A stretch of 27,498 nucleotides of DNA from a virus (Duplodnaviria; Caudoviricetes): the IMG/VR virus record IMGVR_UViG_3300007538_000135, positions 1 through 27,498 of that record; one strand, 5' to 3'. Every line of letters starts with the position of its first letter. Within the stretch, counting starts at the first letter, position 1. Positions 1 through 9,667 of the stretch are shown piece by piece. The translations under genes were made by a program, and so were the position numbers. The notes beneath the pieces were generated by a model, which saw only the letters and a program-made list of their open reading frames with translations, did not search any database and was not told the DNA's origin.

Positions 1-114
1 CCTCCAGAAGGGGTAACAGTTACTGTTACTAAGAAAATTGGACAAGTTTGGAACTTATCTGGGAATGTAGATAATAACACTAATTTAACCATTAAGCAGT
101 TTCTAACAAGGTAA
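1..114 (+). CDS. 3' end of an upstream gene (partial), probably a large baseplate/structural protein
   Basis: Frame 1 is open from base 1 to TAA at 112-114 (PPEGVTVTVTKKIGQVWNLSGNVDNNTNLTIKQFLTR*); function inferred only from the structural-gene context. Confidence 0.6.
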   Translation, partial: PPEGVTVTVTKKIGQVWNLSGNVDNNTNLTIKQFLTR

Positions 115-126
115 CTGAAGATGCGA

Positions 127-133
127 ATAAATA
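127..133 (+). promoter_or_regulatory. T4-like late promoter (ATAAATA)
   Basis: gaATAAATAc in the intergenic gap; same motif recurs upstream of five other genes; resembles the T4 gp55 consensus TATAAATA. Confidence 0.65.
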
Positions 134-197
134 CAATATGTCTAAAAAATTTGGAAATTAAAATGAAACAGCAACACAACTTAGGAGGATCTAACTA

Positions 198-788
198 GTG
201 AAGAGCGATCTTAAAGCACTTGTTAAAGGACACATTAAAATATTTGATCCTGAAACAGATGAAATTTTTATTGATAAAGATAACAGCATACATTACGAAA
301 ATATGAGTATTGCATTAGCTGAAAGTTTGAGTAATGCAGGACAAGGATACATTTATGAAATGAGTTTTGGAAACGGTGGCACTTCGGTAGATCCTACAGG
401 AATTATTACATATTTAACTCCAAATTCTACAGGAACAAATGCAAGTTTGTATAACCAAACATATACAAAAGTAGTAGATGATCGATCTATTAATAATACA
501 GATCCTGCAAGAAATAATATAGAAGTTAGACACGCAAGTGGTACTAATTACACAGACATTTTAGTTAAGTGCTTGTTAGATTTTGGAGAGCCAGACGGGC
601 AACAAGCATTTGATACTGCATCGAGCTATACTGATGCTTATGTTTTTGACGAGTTAGGTCTTAGAAGTTACAACGCATCGGGAACAGGTCGATTAATAAC
701 TCATGTTATATTTCATCCTGTACAAAAAGCATTAAATCGTTTGATTGCAATTGACTACACTGTACGTGTTCAAAGTTTAGCGGGGTAA
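198..788 (+). CDS. Conserved phage structural (baseplate-region) hypothetical protein, 196 aa
   Basis: GTG start with AGGAGG Shine-Dalgarno at 183-188; downstream of a late promoter; 3 nt from the next gene; motifs GHIKIFDP, HYENMSIAL, FDELGL, THVIFHPVQK. Confidence 0.75.
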   Translation: MKSDLKALVKGHIKIFDPETDEIFIDKDNSIHYENMSIALAESLSNAGQGYIYEMSFGNGGTSVDPTGIITYLTPNSTGTNASLYNQTYTKVVDDRSINNTDPARNNIEVRHASGTNYTDILVKCLLDFGEPDGQQAFDTASSYTDAYVFDELGLRSYNASGTGRLITHVIFHPVQKALNRLIAIDYTVRVQSLAG

Positions 789-791
789 CTT

Positions 792-2840
792 ATGTCATAC
801 TCTATTAATTATACAGATTCTACAAATAAAGGAGAGATAGTAGTTGAAGATAATACAATTAATAATGAAACAACTATTGCATTTCCAGGTAGATACACTT
901 CGTCGTACGGGCAAGTTATATCAGAAAATTTTCTACATTTATTGGAAAATTTTGCAAATGATACTTCTCCAACTCGACCTGTTGAAGGGCAACTTTGGTA
1001 TGATACGTCTATCGGTGTAGATCAATTAAAAGTATACGATGGTACTACATGGACATCTGCAGGTGGATTGAAAAAATCAAAATTACAGCCAGAAGTATCA
1101 AATAGTGCAGCAGGTGATTTATGGGTTAATACAGACCGTCAGCAGTTGTACATGTTTACTGGTAGTTCTTGGATTTTAATCGGTCCTTCGTATTCAGATG
1201 GACTATTATCCGGCTTAGAAGCAGAAACTGTAGTAAGTATTGAAAACATTTCTTATGTAATATTATCGTTAAAGGTTGAAAATGTACCTCTAATAATTAT
1301 TAGTCCAGATGCATTTGTTCCAAAAGTCACAATTAATGGATTTAGATCAGGAATTAAAGCAGGAGTTAATTTAAGTACATTAACAATTAACAACCAATCG
1401 TTAAAATATAATGGTATTGCAGAAAAAGCTGAAAACTTAATTGTAGGATCGGATGTAGTGCCTTCTGGCAACTTTTTAAGAAGCGATAAAATTTCAACTA
1501 CTAATTACGAATTAAGAATTAAAAATAATAATGGCATTTATGTAGGCAATAATAATCAGTTATCAACTAGCATTGATGGAGAGATTGGTGTAATACAACA
1601 TAATACCAGTGGGTCTAAGATAGATTTTAGGTTACGATCAGCAGGTATTATAAAAACAATATTAACAGTTGATTCTAACCAAAGAGTTGGAATTAATAAT
1701 CCTGCACCTAATGAAAGTTTAGATGTATACGGTAATGTTATTATTTCTCCTAAAAATGACGAACCTGGATCTGGAATTTTAGAAGTTTTTAGTACGGCTG
1801 ATAGTAATGATATTTCTTCAGGGTCAATAATCACTAGTGGAGGGTTAGCAGTTGCGTTGAATACTACGCTTGGTGGAAACTTAAATGTATTAGGGTCTAC
1901 TGTAACAACTAATATCCAACCTGATTTAGCAGCAGAACGAATTATTGGCAGTTCTGAAAACAAATTTGCTCAAGTACATGCAACAACTTTTTTTGGAAAC
2001 TTACAGGGAAATGTTACAGGATCTGTTAGCGGCAGAGCAGGATCTGCTGACAAATTAACTAGTGTAACTACATTTTCAATTGCAGGTGATGTGTCACCAT
2101 CAAGTTTTGAGTTCGATGGACAAACTGGAGGTAGCAATAAATCGTTTAATATTAAAATTGCAAACAGTTTTATATCAAATAAAGATTCAATTAGTAATGC
2201 AGACGACTCTGATGAGATTATATTAAATGCAATTACTGGAGAAACAGGTGTTTATAAAATTTCTAAACGAAACTTTTTAAAATCTCTTCGATTAACACCT
2301 GCAGGGGTAATATTACCGTATGGTGGCTCAACACCGCCGGAAGGGTGGCTATTTTGTAATGGTGCAGAAATTAGTAAAACTGAATACAACATTCTATGGG
2401 CAACAATTGGTCATACTTTTAAAGACCCTTCGCTAATTTCCGATTTTGGAGTTAATTTATTTGCACTACCTGATATGAGAGGTAGATTTCCACTAGGATT
2501 AGACAACTTAGGTAATACTAGTGCAAATAGAATTACAGACTTTCAAGCAAACACATTAGGCGGAGCAGCAGGGGCTAATTCAAAAACAATACAAACTTCA
2601 AATTTACCAGAGCATACTCATAGTTTAGAAGATATTACAGGATCGCAATATTATGCAGTAAAGGTAGGTGCAGGAGAACCTGTCGATGATGAAGTACTTC
2701 AATTACCGTTCGAGTCCGGTGCAGGAGGTAGTCACGGGTTAACTACTAGCGGAAAAGTAAAAGCAGATGTAGTCGGACAACCGGTTGATATAATGAACCC
2801 GTATTTAGCATTGAGCTACATTATTTACACAGGATTATAA
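792..2840 (+). CDS. Tail fibre/baseplate protein with C-terminal phage tail-collar domain, 682 aa
   Basis: C-terminal PAGVILPYGGSTPPEGWLFCNG...FALPDMRGRFPLG...NLPEHTH...MNPYLALSYII is the tail-collar signature; N-terminal ENFLHLLENFAN..P..GQLWYD module is shared with the next two genes. Confidence 0.85.
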   Translation: MSYSINYTDSTNKGEIVVEDNTINNETTIAFPGRYTSSYGQVISENFLHLLENFANDTSPTRPVEGQLWYDTSIGVDQLKVYDGTTWTSAGGLKKSKLQPEVSNSAAGDLWVNTDRQQLYMFTGSSWILIGPSYSDGLLSGLEAETVVSIENISYVILSLKVENVPLIIISPDAFVPKVTINGFRSGIKAGVNLSTLTINNQSLKYNGIAEKAENLIVGSDVVPSGNFLRSDKISTTNYELRIKNNNGIYVGNNNQLSTSIDGEIGVIQHNTSGSKIDFRLRSAGIIKTILTVDSNQRVGINNPAPNESLDVYGNVIISPKNDEPGSGILEVFSTADSNDISSGSIITSGGLAVALNTTLGGNLNVLGSTVTTNIQPDLAAERIIGSSENKFAQVHATTFFGNLQGNVTGSVSGRAGSADKLTSVTTFSIAGDVSPSSFEFDGQTGGSNKSFNIKIANSFISNKDSISNADDSDEIILNAITGETGVYKISKRNFLKSLRLTPAGVILPYGGSTPPEGWLFCNGAEISKTEYNILWATIGHTFKDPSLISDFGVNLFALPDMRGRFPLGLDNLGNTSANRITDFQANTLGGAAGANSKTIQTSNLPEHTHSLEDITGSQYYAVKVGAGEPVDDEVLQLPFESGAGGSHGLTTSGKVKADVVGQPVDIMNPYLALSYIIYTGL

Positions 2841-2843
2841 AAC

Positions 2844-4700
2844 ATGAGTTATCAATTAAACAAAACTGATGGAAGTTTGTTAACAGAATTAGTAGACGGA
2901 CAAGTTGATAAAGACAGTACAAATTTAGTATTAGTAGGTAAGAATTACACTGGATATGGTGAATTTATAAATGAGAATTTCATTAAATTGTTGGAAAATT
3001 TCGCTAATACTGCAGCCCCATCAAATCCAGTTACTGGTCAAATTTGGTGGGATACTAGGGAAAATAGATTAAAGATTTTTAATGGTACTAATTGGAAGTC
3101 GTCCGGTGGATCTTATGTTCAAGGTTCAGTTCCAGATATGGTTGCAGGTGATTTTTGGATTGACAATAGAAATAATCAACTTTATGCGTTTGATGGGTCA
3201 GATTTAATTTTAATAGGACCGCAGTATACTGCCGGGCAAGGTAAAACAGGATTTGAAGTTGCTACTATCATTGATTATCAAGGAGCATCCAAAACTATAT
3301 TAAAATTATTTATTAACAACGAAGTAGTTGCTGTGATTAGTAACGTAGAATTTACTCCAAGGCCTGACTTGCGGATCCCTTCACTTATTACTGAACAAAA
3401 TCCAGATGCTATTATATATAAAGGAATTAATGTAGTAGATAAACAAACATTTACTATTTTAGGTTATGCAGAATCTGCATATTCATTATCAACTGAAAAT
3501 GGCGGCATTAGGACTCCTGATCAGTTTTTACCATCAGACTCAGACGGATATACTACTGGAAAATTGTTTATACAAAATTCTGGTGGTTTAAGTATTGGTC
3601 TAGTTAGTAATAATGTACAAAAAATAGTTAACGATAGATTCTATATTGAAAATCAAATCAACGATCAAGATCTAAGTATTCGAGTACGATCATCTGCGTA
3701 TGGTTCATTAATAAAAGATGCAATTTATGTTAAATCAAACACCGCATCTATTGGAATTTTTGAATCTAATCCCTTATATACGTTAGACATAAATGGCGAT
3801 ATTAGGGTTAAAGGTAACATGATTGTAGAGGGAGATACTGTAAATGTCGATGTTTCCACGCTGTCGGTTGAAGATAAAAATATAGAATTAGCAAATTCAA
3901 GTTCAGGTCCTGTCGGTGACAATTTAATGGTCGACGATGGGGGTATTATTTTACGGTCAACTAGCGGTGATAAGTCGTTTACTTGGAAAAACTCAACTAA
4001 TTCATGGACGTCAACTGTTAATATAGACTTATCAAATACTGCAACTTCTATTAAAATTGGCGGAGTAGATAAACTTACTAATACTAGTTTATCAAACATT
4101 TTGTATGCAAACGATTTAATTACAATAGGAACATTGCAATATTTAAATGTTGATGCTATTAATATTGATAATAATGCTATTGTAAGTTCAGTTCAGTTAT
4201 CTCTGCAAGGTTTAAGTGGTATAAATTTAATTCCACAAGGCGATATTGAAATCGTAGGAAACCACAAGATTACTGGGTTAAGTGATCCAATAAACGATCA
4301 AGATGCTACTAATAAACGATATGTCGAAACTAGAGTATTGCAAGAACCGATTGTGTTTAGTATGGATATTACTGGGTTAGGAGTAGGTGCAGAGTTAATT
4401 GATACGGTTGTAGGGTACTTAAATGATTTATATCCTGCATCTGATACAGTATCTGGAAAAATAGCTAGAATACATACAACATCATATACTAATGTAGAAT
4501 TTTCAGGAATTGACATTGATTCTGCTAAAGATGTTAGTTATATTGCAGTAGATTCAAACGGAACATTAAATGAGTCAGTAGTTCAAGATATTTCATTTTC
4601 ATTAGCAGGTGGTGTTATTAATATGCTATTAAATAGAGCATTAATGGTATTTCAATCAGATGGCATTGGATGGAATTATGTATCAACGACAAACTACTAA
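2844..4700 (+). CDS. Baseplate/tail-fibre-like structural protein, 618 aa (paralog of the flanking genes)
   Basis: Same N-terminal module (GKNYTGYGEFINENFIKLLENFAN..P..GQIWWD); fibre-type motifs VEDKNIEL and ITGLSDPINDQDATNKRYV. Confidence 0.8.
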   Translation: MSYQLNKTDGSLLTELVDGQVDKDSTNLVLVGKNYTGYGEFINENFIKLLENFANTAAPSNPVTGQIWWDTRENRLKIFNGTNWKSSGGSYVQGSVPDMVAGDFWIDNRNNQLYAFDGSDLILIGPQYTAGQGKTGFEVATIIDYQGASKTILKLFINNEVVAVISNVEFTPRPDLRIPSLITEQNPDAIIYKGINVVDKQTFTILGYAESAYSLSTENGGIRTPDQFLPSDSDGYTTGKLFIQNSGGLSIGLVSNNVQKIVNDRFYIENQINDQDLSIRVRSSAYGSLIKDAIYVKSNTASIGIFESNPLYTLDINGDIRVKGNMIVEGDTVNVDVSTLSVEDKNIELANSSSGPVGDNLMVDDGGIILRSTSGDKSFTWKNSTNSWTSTVNIDLSNTATSIKIGGVDKLTNTSLSNILYANDLITIGTLQYLNVDAINIDNNAIVSSVQLSLQGLSGINLIPQGDIEIVGNHKITGLSDPINDQDATNKRYVETRVLQEPIVFSMDITGLGVGAELIDTVVGYLNDLYPASDTVSGKIARIHTTSYTNVEFSGIDIDSAKDVSYIAVDSNGTLNESVVQDISFSLAGGVINMLLNRALMVFQSDGIGWNYVSTTNY

Positions 4701-4725
4701 GTGCAGTTTTAAATCGCGCATTTCG

Positions 4726-4733
4726 GATAAATA
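4726..4733 (+). promoter_or_regulatory. T4-like late promoter (GATAAATA)
   Basis: Intergenic GATAAATA 26 nt upstream of the ATG at 4760. Confidence 0.7.
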
Positions 4734-4759
4734 AAATATAATACTAGGGGTTTTGTCAC

Positions 4760-6241
4760 ATGGCTTATCAAATTAATCGATATAATAACACATTACTAAC
4801 TACTGTCGAAGATGGACAAGTAGACCAGTCAACTGATTTAATTTTTATTGGTAAAAATTATTCAGGATATGGTGAAATACAAAATGAGAATTTTTTATTT
4901 TTATTGGAAAACTTTTCAGGATCGCAAGAGCCACCTAGGCCATTAAGCGGTCAGCTTTGGTTTGACAGCTCAAACAGTAAATTAAAATTTTACGATGGGT
5001 ATAAATGGAGAACAACTGGTGGGGCAGAAGTTGGTACTGACGAGCCTTCAGGTTTAGTTACAGGTGATTTTTGGTGGGATGATGCTAATAATCAACTTTA
5101 TGTTTATAATGGATCTACTTTTATATTAATCGGACCTCAAAGCACAGGCGAAGGCATTACTCAAATGCAAAGTAGAGAAGTAATCGATACTGCGGGAAAT
5201 ACCCGAAGTATTATTACTGCAGTAATTAATGACGAAGTTATATACATTATTAGTGCTAACGAATTTGATTTAAGTGATGTAAATCCAATACCTGGTTTTG
5301 ATAGAATTAAAAAAGGTCTAACATTAATTAACACTAAGTTAGCAACAAATGGAGTTACTACTCCGCCAGACTGGTGGTTTTGGGGAACTGCATCAAATGC
5401 AGCAAAATTAGGAGGTATTGATGCGGATCAGTATATTACACAAGTAGATCCTACTTTTAATTCTGCAGTAAATTTTCCAGATGCAGGTATAACGATAGGA
5501 GATTCGTTAGATTTACGAATTTATATCGAACAAGGCAATATGGGTGTAATTGAAAATATCATTGGTGTAAATAATGAAATTAGATTTAAAGCAACTGATA
5601 GCACAGGAACTTCAAATAGAATTGCCACAATTTCAAATATAGGATTAGTGCCTGCTATTAACAGTACAGGTAGCAACGGATTTAATTTAGGGTCTACTTC
5701 GTTAAAGTGGAATGAAGTGCATGCTGTAAGTTTAAAAGGTGTTGCAGATTCAGCAATTGCATTGCGAGTAGGCTCTGTTAACATGCCGGCATCTACGTCT
5801 GCTACGCCAGAAACAGTAGCAGTTAGAGATAGTAATGGAGATATTTCTGCAGTATTGTTCAAAGGAACAGCAACACAAGCACGATATGCTGACTTAGCAG
5901 AAAAATATACAACTGAAGTTGAATACGCAGTAGGAACAGCGATGGCAATTTGTGAGCATTCTGTACATGAAGCATGTCCTGCAGATTGCACATCGATTGT
6001 AATAGGTGTTATATCAGAAAATCCTGCGTACTTAATGAATGCTGATATAACTGGACAAGCTATTGCATTAAAAGGTCGAGTACCTGTTCGAGTAATAGGT
6101 CCTGTGACAAAAGGTCAAAAAATTAGTGTTGCACGTGATGGAGTTTGCGAAGTTAACGGTGAAGGACCGTTAGTTGGTGTAGCATTGGAAACAAATTTAA
6201 ATGACGAAGAAAAGTTAGTCGAATGCGTACTTAAAGTATAA
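4760..6241 (+). CDS. Tail fibre-like protein with C-terminal YADLAE (peptidase G2-like intramolecular chaperone) domain, 493 aa
   Basis: Shared N-terminal module; C-terminal ATQARYADLAEKY...IGVISENPAYLMN...IALKGRVPVRVIG resembles auto-cleaving chaperone domains of phage fibres. Confidence 0.75.
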   Translation: MAYQINRYNNTLLTTVEDGQVDQSTDLIFIGKNYSGYGEIQNENFLFLLENFSGSQEPPRPLSGQLWFDSSNSKLKFYDGYKWRTTGGAEVGTDEPSGLVTGDFWWDDANNQLYVYNGSTFILIGPQSTGEGITQMQSREVIDTAGNTRSIITAVINDEVIYIISANEFDLSDVNPIPGFDRIKKGLTLINTKLATNGVTTPPDWWFWGTASNAAKLGGIDADQYITQVDPTFNSAVNFPDAGITIGDSLDLRIYIEQGNMGVIENIIGVNNEIRFKATDSTGTSNRIATISNIGLVPAINSTGSNGFNLGSTSLKWNEVHAVSLKGVADSAIALRVGSVNMPASTSATPETVAVRDSNGDISAVLFKGTATQARYADLAEKYTTEVEYAVGTAMAICEHSVHEACPADCTSIVIGVISENPAYLMNADITGQAIALKGRVPVRVIGPVTKGQKISVARDGVCEVNGEGPLVGVALETNLNDEEKLVECVLKV

Positions 6242-9200
6242 TGGATGAAATTACTGCTGCTAAAATAAACGAGCTTCAAACAAATATTGATTTAATTTTA
6301 GGAATTGGAGCAGGTGACAAAGGCTACGGACAACAAGTCCGTAGCTTTCAAGTTAACCGAAGTGATAATACTAACAACACTATACTTGCATCTCATCTTA
6401 ATCAAATGTACGACGATTTGAAAGTTATTCGAACTCATCAAATTGGTGTATCAGAAATACTTATAGATAAAGTTACTTCTAACTTAAACTTAGTAGGAAA
6501 AGATGACAGTAATTTTATTACAGATGGCGGTGATCTTGAAATTGATCCAGACAGTGAAACTAAAGGAATACTTGATTACGAAACTTTAATTAATTTAGTA
6601 GTTTCTGACAGATTTTTAATTCACGAAACACAAGGATCATTGGAAAACGGAATAACAAGTACCCGGTATCGTTCGTGGAACGGAACTATATATCACGAAG
6701 TATCTGCAACATTTACAAATAGCAATCATAGACGACATTTTTTCAATTCGGGTGGAGATATTCGGTTTGATGCTAACATTACTGGAGCATCATCTGCTAA
6801 AGGAATTAGATGGGCTCAATTGTGTAATGATAGTAAAACTATAATCTTTAATCATGGATTTACTACGTCAGAAGGTTCTCAGGAAGGAATACCGACTGAT
6901 ATTGGTTTTTTTGATTTAACTACTACTTATCAACTTATTTTTTCTAATACAATCACTACTGGTAACTATGTTAATAACAAATATGCAATATATGCAAAAT
7001 TATACGATACTAATTCTGTATATTTTAAGATAGAATTTAGTGATGTTGTTGAAGAAGAATTTGATGCAAATGTTGACGGGGTTATAACTAGCACTGTTCG
7101 ACAATATAGAGCTACAGGAGAAGTTACTGTGCCTTCACCGGCATATAGAAATGTAGCATCGTTAGATTCGTTCGAAGAGCCGCAAACATATAAGTTAATT
7201 CCAAGCTCAACTAGAGTGCGTGAAGGGCAAACATTTACTATAGTATTAAGAACATCCGGTGTTCCAAATTTAACACCGATACCTTATACAATTACAGGGA
7301 TTTCAACAAGTGATATTCAATCACCGTTGAGTGGATCGTTTGTCATTGAACAAGAATATGATTCGATTGATATAAAAGTTTCTAATGACTTAGAAGTTGA
7401 AGATGATGAAACTTTAACCCTAACTTTAACCAACAACAAAGCATCGGTAAGCGTTGTATTAGAAAATACAACAGAACCACCTACTTATAACATTTCTCCT
7501 GACAAAACAGCAATAAGTGAAGGTGATACTGTTACTTTTACTATTACTACTACTAATATTGTAAACAATACAGTTTTATATTGGACTGATATCGGTACAT
7601 CAGAAGCAGCAGATTTTGATGATGGTGTAATTTCTGGCACAGTTGTTATTGTTAATAACACTGGATCAGTAAGTCGAAAAGTTAAAAACGACTTAACTAC
7701 TGATGGATCTGAAACTTGCATACTTGAGTTGAGAAGTGGTTCGTTTTCTGGAGAAGTTCTTGCAGTATCTCCGGACGTAGTAATTAACGATACAAGCTTA
7801 ACTATCCCTCCACCTGAAATTAATGTTAGTTGGAGTACTACTGTAGGAGTAGTAGGAACTGCTGTTACTCTTTCATGGGATACAAACGAGTCAACTACTG
7901 TTGTTCGATATGCTATTACTAACTCAGCATCGAATCCTACATCTTGGACTCGTGCAAATACCGTAAACGGCAGTACGCTGTGGACTCCTCCAGAATCAGG
8001 AAGATGGTACGGTCATGCTATTGCATATAATAGTAAAGATGAAACACAACAAAGATATGCAACTATAAATATTCAAAATCAAGCTGCAGGATTACCAACT
8101 ATAGCTGTTTATTGGACAGACGGTGCTGTAGAAGTAGGTGATGCAGCAATTTTTAATTGGTCTACTACTAATGCAGTTTCTGTTAGATATGGATTTGTAT
8201 TTAACACATCTTCTGAACCTACTTCTTGGACCCCTACAACAGTAGTTAACGGTAGTGCATCATACAATACAACTACAGAAGGAACTATATGGGGATGGGC
8301 CGAAGCAACAAATGCAGACGGTGTAACAATTAAAGCAAATTCAGGCATTTATGCTTCTGAAGAGCCAGTTATAATTACTCCTCCTCCTTCTCCTCCTCCT
8401 TCTCCCTCACCACCCCCTCCTGATGTTATAAATTGGTATGTTAGAGCATCAAGAGATACTATATCACAAGGAGGATCTTATACTGTTCGATGGGGTGTTG
8501 AAAATCACACTAGTAGAAATACTTCAGTATCTAACCGTTTTTTCAGGTTTGTTGCAGCTACAAACGATGCAGTATACATTAGTGATTATACTACAGATCC
8601 ATCTATGGAAAATGGCAATTATTTAGATCAGTCAATTGATACTGACTCTTCTGGTAATGGGTACATTGATGTTGAAGTATCTGTATCGTCCACTGCGGAA
8701 ATTGGTAAAACAATAGGATTTTCGTGTGTGGATCAAACCGGCCCTATTACTGACGATCTTGATACTACAGAAATTGTCGGTTCTGGAAATCCCCCTCCGC
8801 CAGCTAATCCATATTATGAGTTATCTGTTGGAACTAACAAATATTTCAACGAAGGAAACACTATAACCTTTTCAGCAACACACCGAAATAATCCGCACGC
8901 AAACTTATATTTGTTAATCGAAGCAAATAGTTCTAATCATGCTTACCCGTCAAAGTATCCTATTGCTACTCATCAATCATCTGAATGGCCATCTAAAATG
9001 CAAACTTTAGGTATATGGCAAAATGGAAAATCTACAACACCTGTTGAGGGATTTGCATCGCAAACATTTACATGGTGGTATTATGGTGACGTTAGTACTA
9101 CAGGACGACTATACGGTGCAGTTGACAATGCTACACGAGTATATGTTAACAATACAGAGGTTGCAGCATTTGGTGATTTTACAGCTTGGAATGATCTTGG

Positions 9201-9585
9201 TTCGGTTGTTTTACCAGCAGGGTGGAATTATGTTAAAGTAGTTGCAGGAAATTTACCAGTTAACGGAGATAATGGAGCTGTTTCTAGTTCTAATCCTGCA
9301 GCAGTAGGTTTAGAATTTATACATAGTGGAAGTGTTGCTTGGACAACTCGAAGCGATCGCAATTTATTATACCCACATATTTTTAGCGAAGCAACATTTG
9401 AAAAAACCTTCCCGCAATCAGAAGTAAAAGTAAATCAATCAACATCTGCAGTTGCAACAACTACATTAACCGCAAGATCTGACGAAGTGCCTGAAGGCAG
9501 GATAACATTAACAGCATATTTAGTAACCATTGAGGGCGATAAAAATTCACAAGTAGCTACAGAAACATTTTATATAACTGGATAG
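6241..9585 (+). CDS. Large virion fibre/adhesin with Ig-like (Calx-beta-like) repeats, poly-Pro linker and probable carbohydrate-binding jelly roll, 1114 aa
   Basis: TAATG overlap with the previous stop; repeats of the type S..V.EG.T.T..L.T..V......Y.ITG and ND..(T/V)EG.ET..L.L; N-terminal region paralogous to 9668..14707 (RRHFFNSGG.IRF). Confidence 0.75.
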   Translation: MDEITAAKINELQTNIDLILGIGAGDKGYGQQVRSFQVNRSDNTNNTILASHLNQMYDDLKVIRTHQIGVSEILIDKVTSNLNLVGKDDSNFITDGGDLEIDPDSETKGILDYETLINLVVSDRFLIHETQGSLENGITSTRYRSWNGTIYHEVSATFTNSNHRRHFFNSGGDIRFDANITGASSAKGIRWAQLCNDSKTIIFNHGFTTSEGSQEGIPTDIGFFDLTTTYQLIFSNTITTGNYVNNKYAIYAKLYDTNSVYFKIEFSDVVEEEFDANVDGVITSTVRQYRATGEVTVPSPAYRNVASLDSFEEPQTYKLIPSSTRVREGQTFTIVLRTSGVPNLTPIPYTITGISTSDIQSPLSGSFVIEQEYDSIDIKVSNDLEVEDDETLTLTLTNNKASVSVVLENTTEPPTYNISPDKTAISEGDTVTFTITTTNIVNNTVLYWTDIGTSEAADFDDGVISGTVVIVNNTGSVSRKVKNDLTTDGSETCILELRSGSFSGEVLAVSPDVVINDTSLTIPPPEINVSWSTTVGVVGTAVTLSWDTNESTTVVRYAITNSASNPTSWTRANTVNGSTLWTPPESGRWYGHAIAYNSKDETQQRYATINIQNQAAGLPTIAVYWTDGAVEVGDAAIFNWSTTNAVSVRYGFVFNTSSEPTSWTPTTVVNGSASYNTTTEGTIWGWAEATNADGVTIKANSGIYASEEPVIITPPPSPPPSPSPPPPDVINWYVRASRDTISQGGSYTVRWGVENHTSRNTSVSNRFFRFVAATNDAVYISDYTTDPSMENGNYLDQSIDTDSSGNGYIDVEVSVSSTAEIGKTIGFSCVDQTGPITDDLDTTEIVGSGNPPPPANPYYELSVGTNKYFNEGNTITFSATHRNNPHANLYLLIEANSSNHAYPSKYPIATHQSSEWPSKMQTLGIWQNGKSTTPVEGFASQTFTWWYYGDVSTTGRLYGAVDNATRVYVNNTEVAAFGDFTAWNDLGSVVLPAGWNYVKVVAGNLPVNGDNGAVSSSNPAAVGLEFIHSGSVAWTTRSDRNLLYPHIFSEATFEKTFPQSEVKVNQSTSAVATTTLTARSDEVPEGRITLTAYLVTIEGDKNSQVATETFYITG
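8380..8421 (+). repeat. Low-complexity CCT/TCT repeat encoding PPPSPPPSPSPPPP
   Basis: cctcctccttctcctcctccttctccctcaccaccccctcct read directly; C-rich patch in an AT-rich genome. Confidence 0.9.
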
Positions 9586-9633
9586 TTTGTAAAATACATT
9601 ATCTTAATATACTTCTAAATTACAAGTTGTTCT

Positions 9634-9641
9634 GATAAATA
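9634..9641 (+). promoter_or_regulatory. T4-like late promoter (GATAAATA)
   Basis: ctGATAAATAc 26 nt upstream of the ATG at 9668; AAGGA RBS follows. Confidence 0.7.
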
Positions 9642-9667
9642 CTGATAATATATTATAAGGATTTAAC

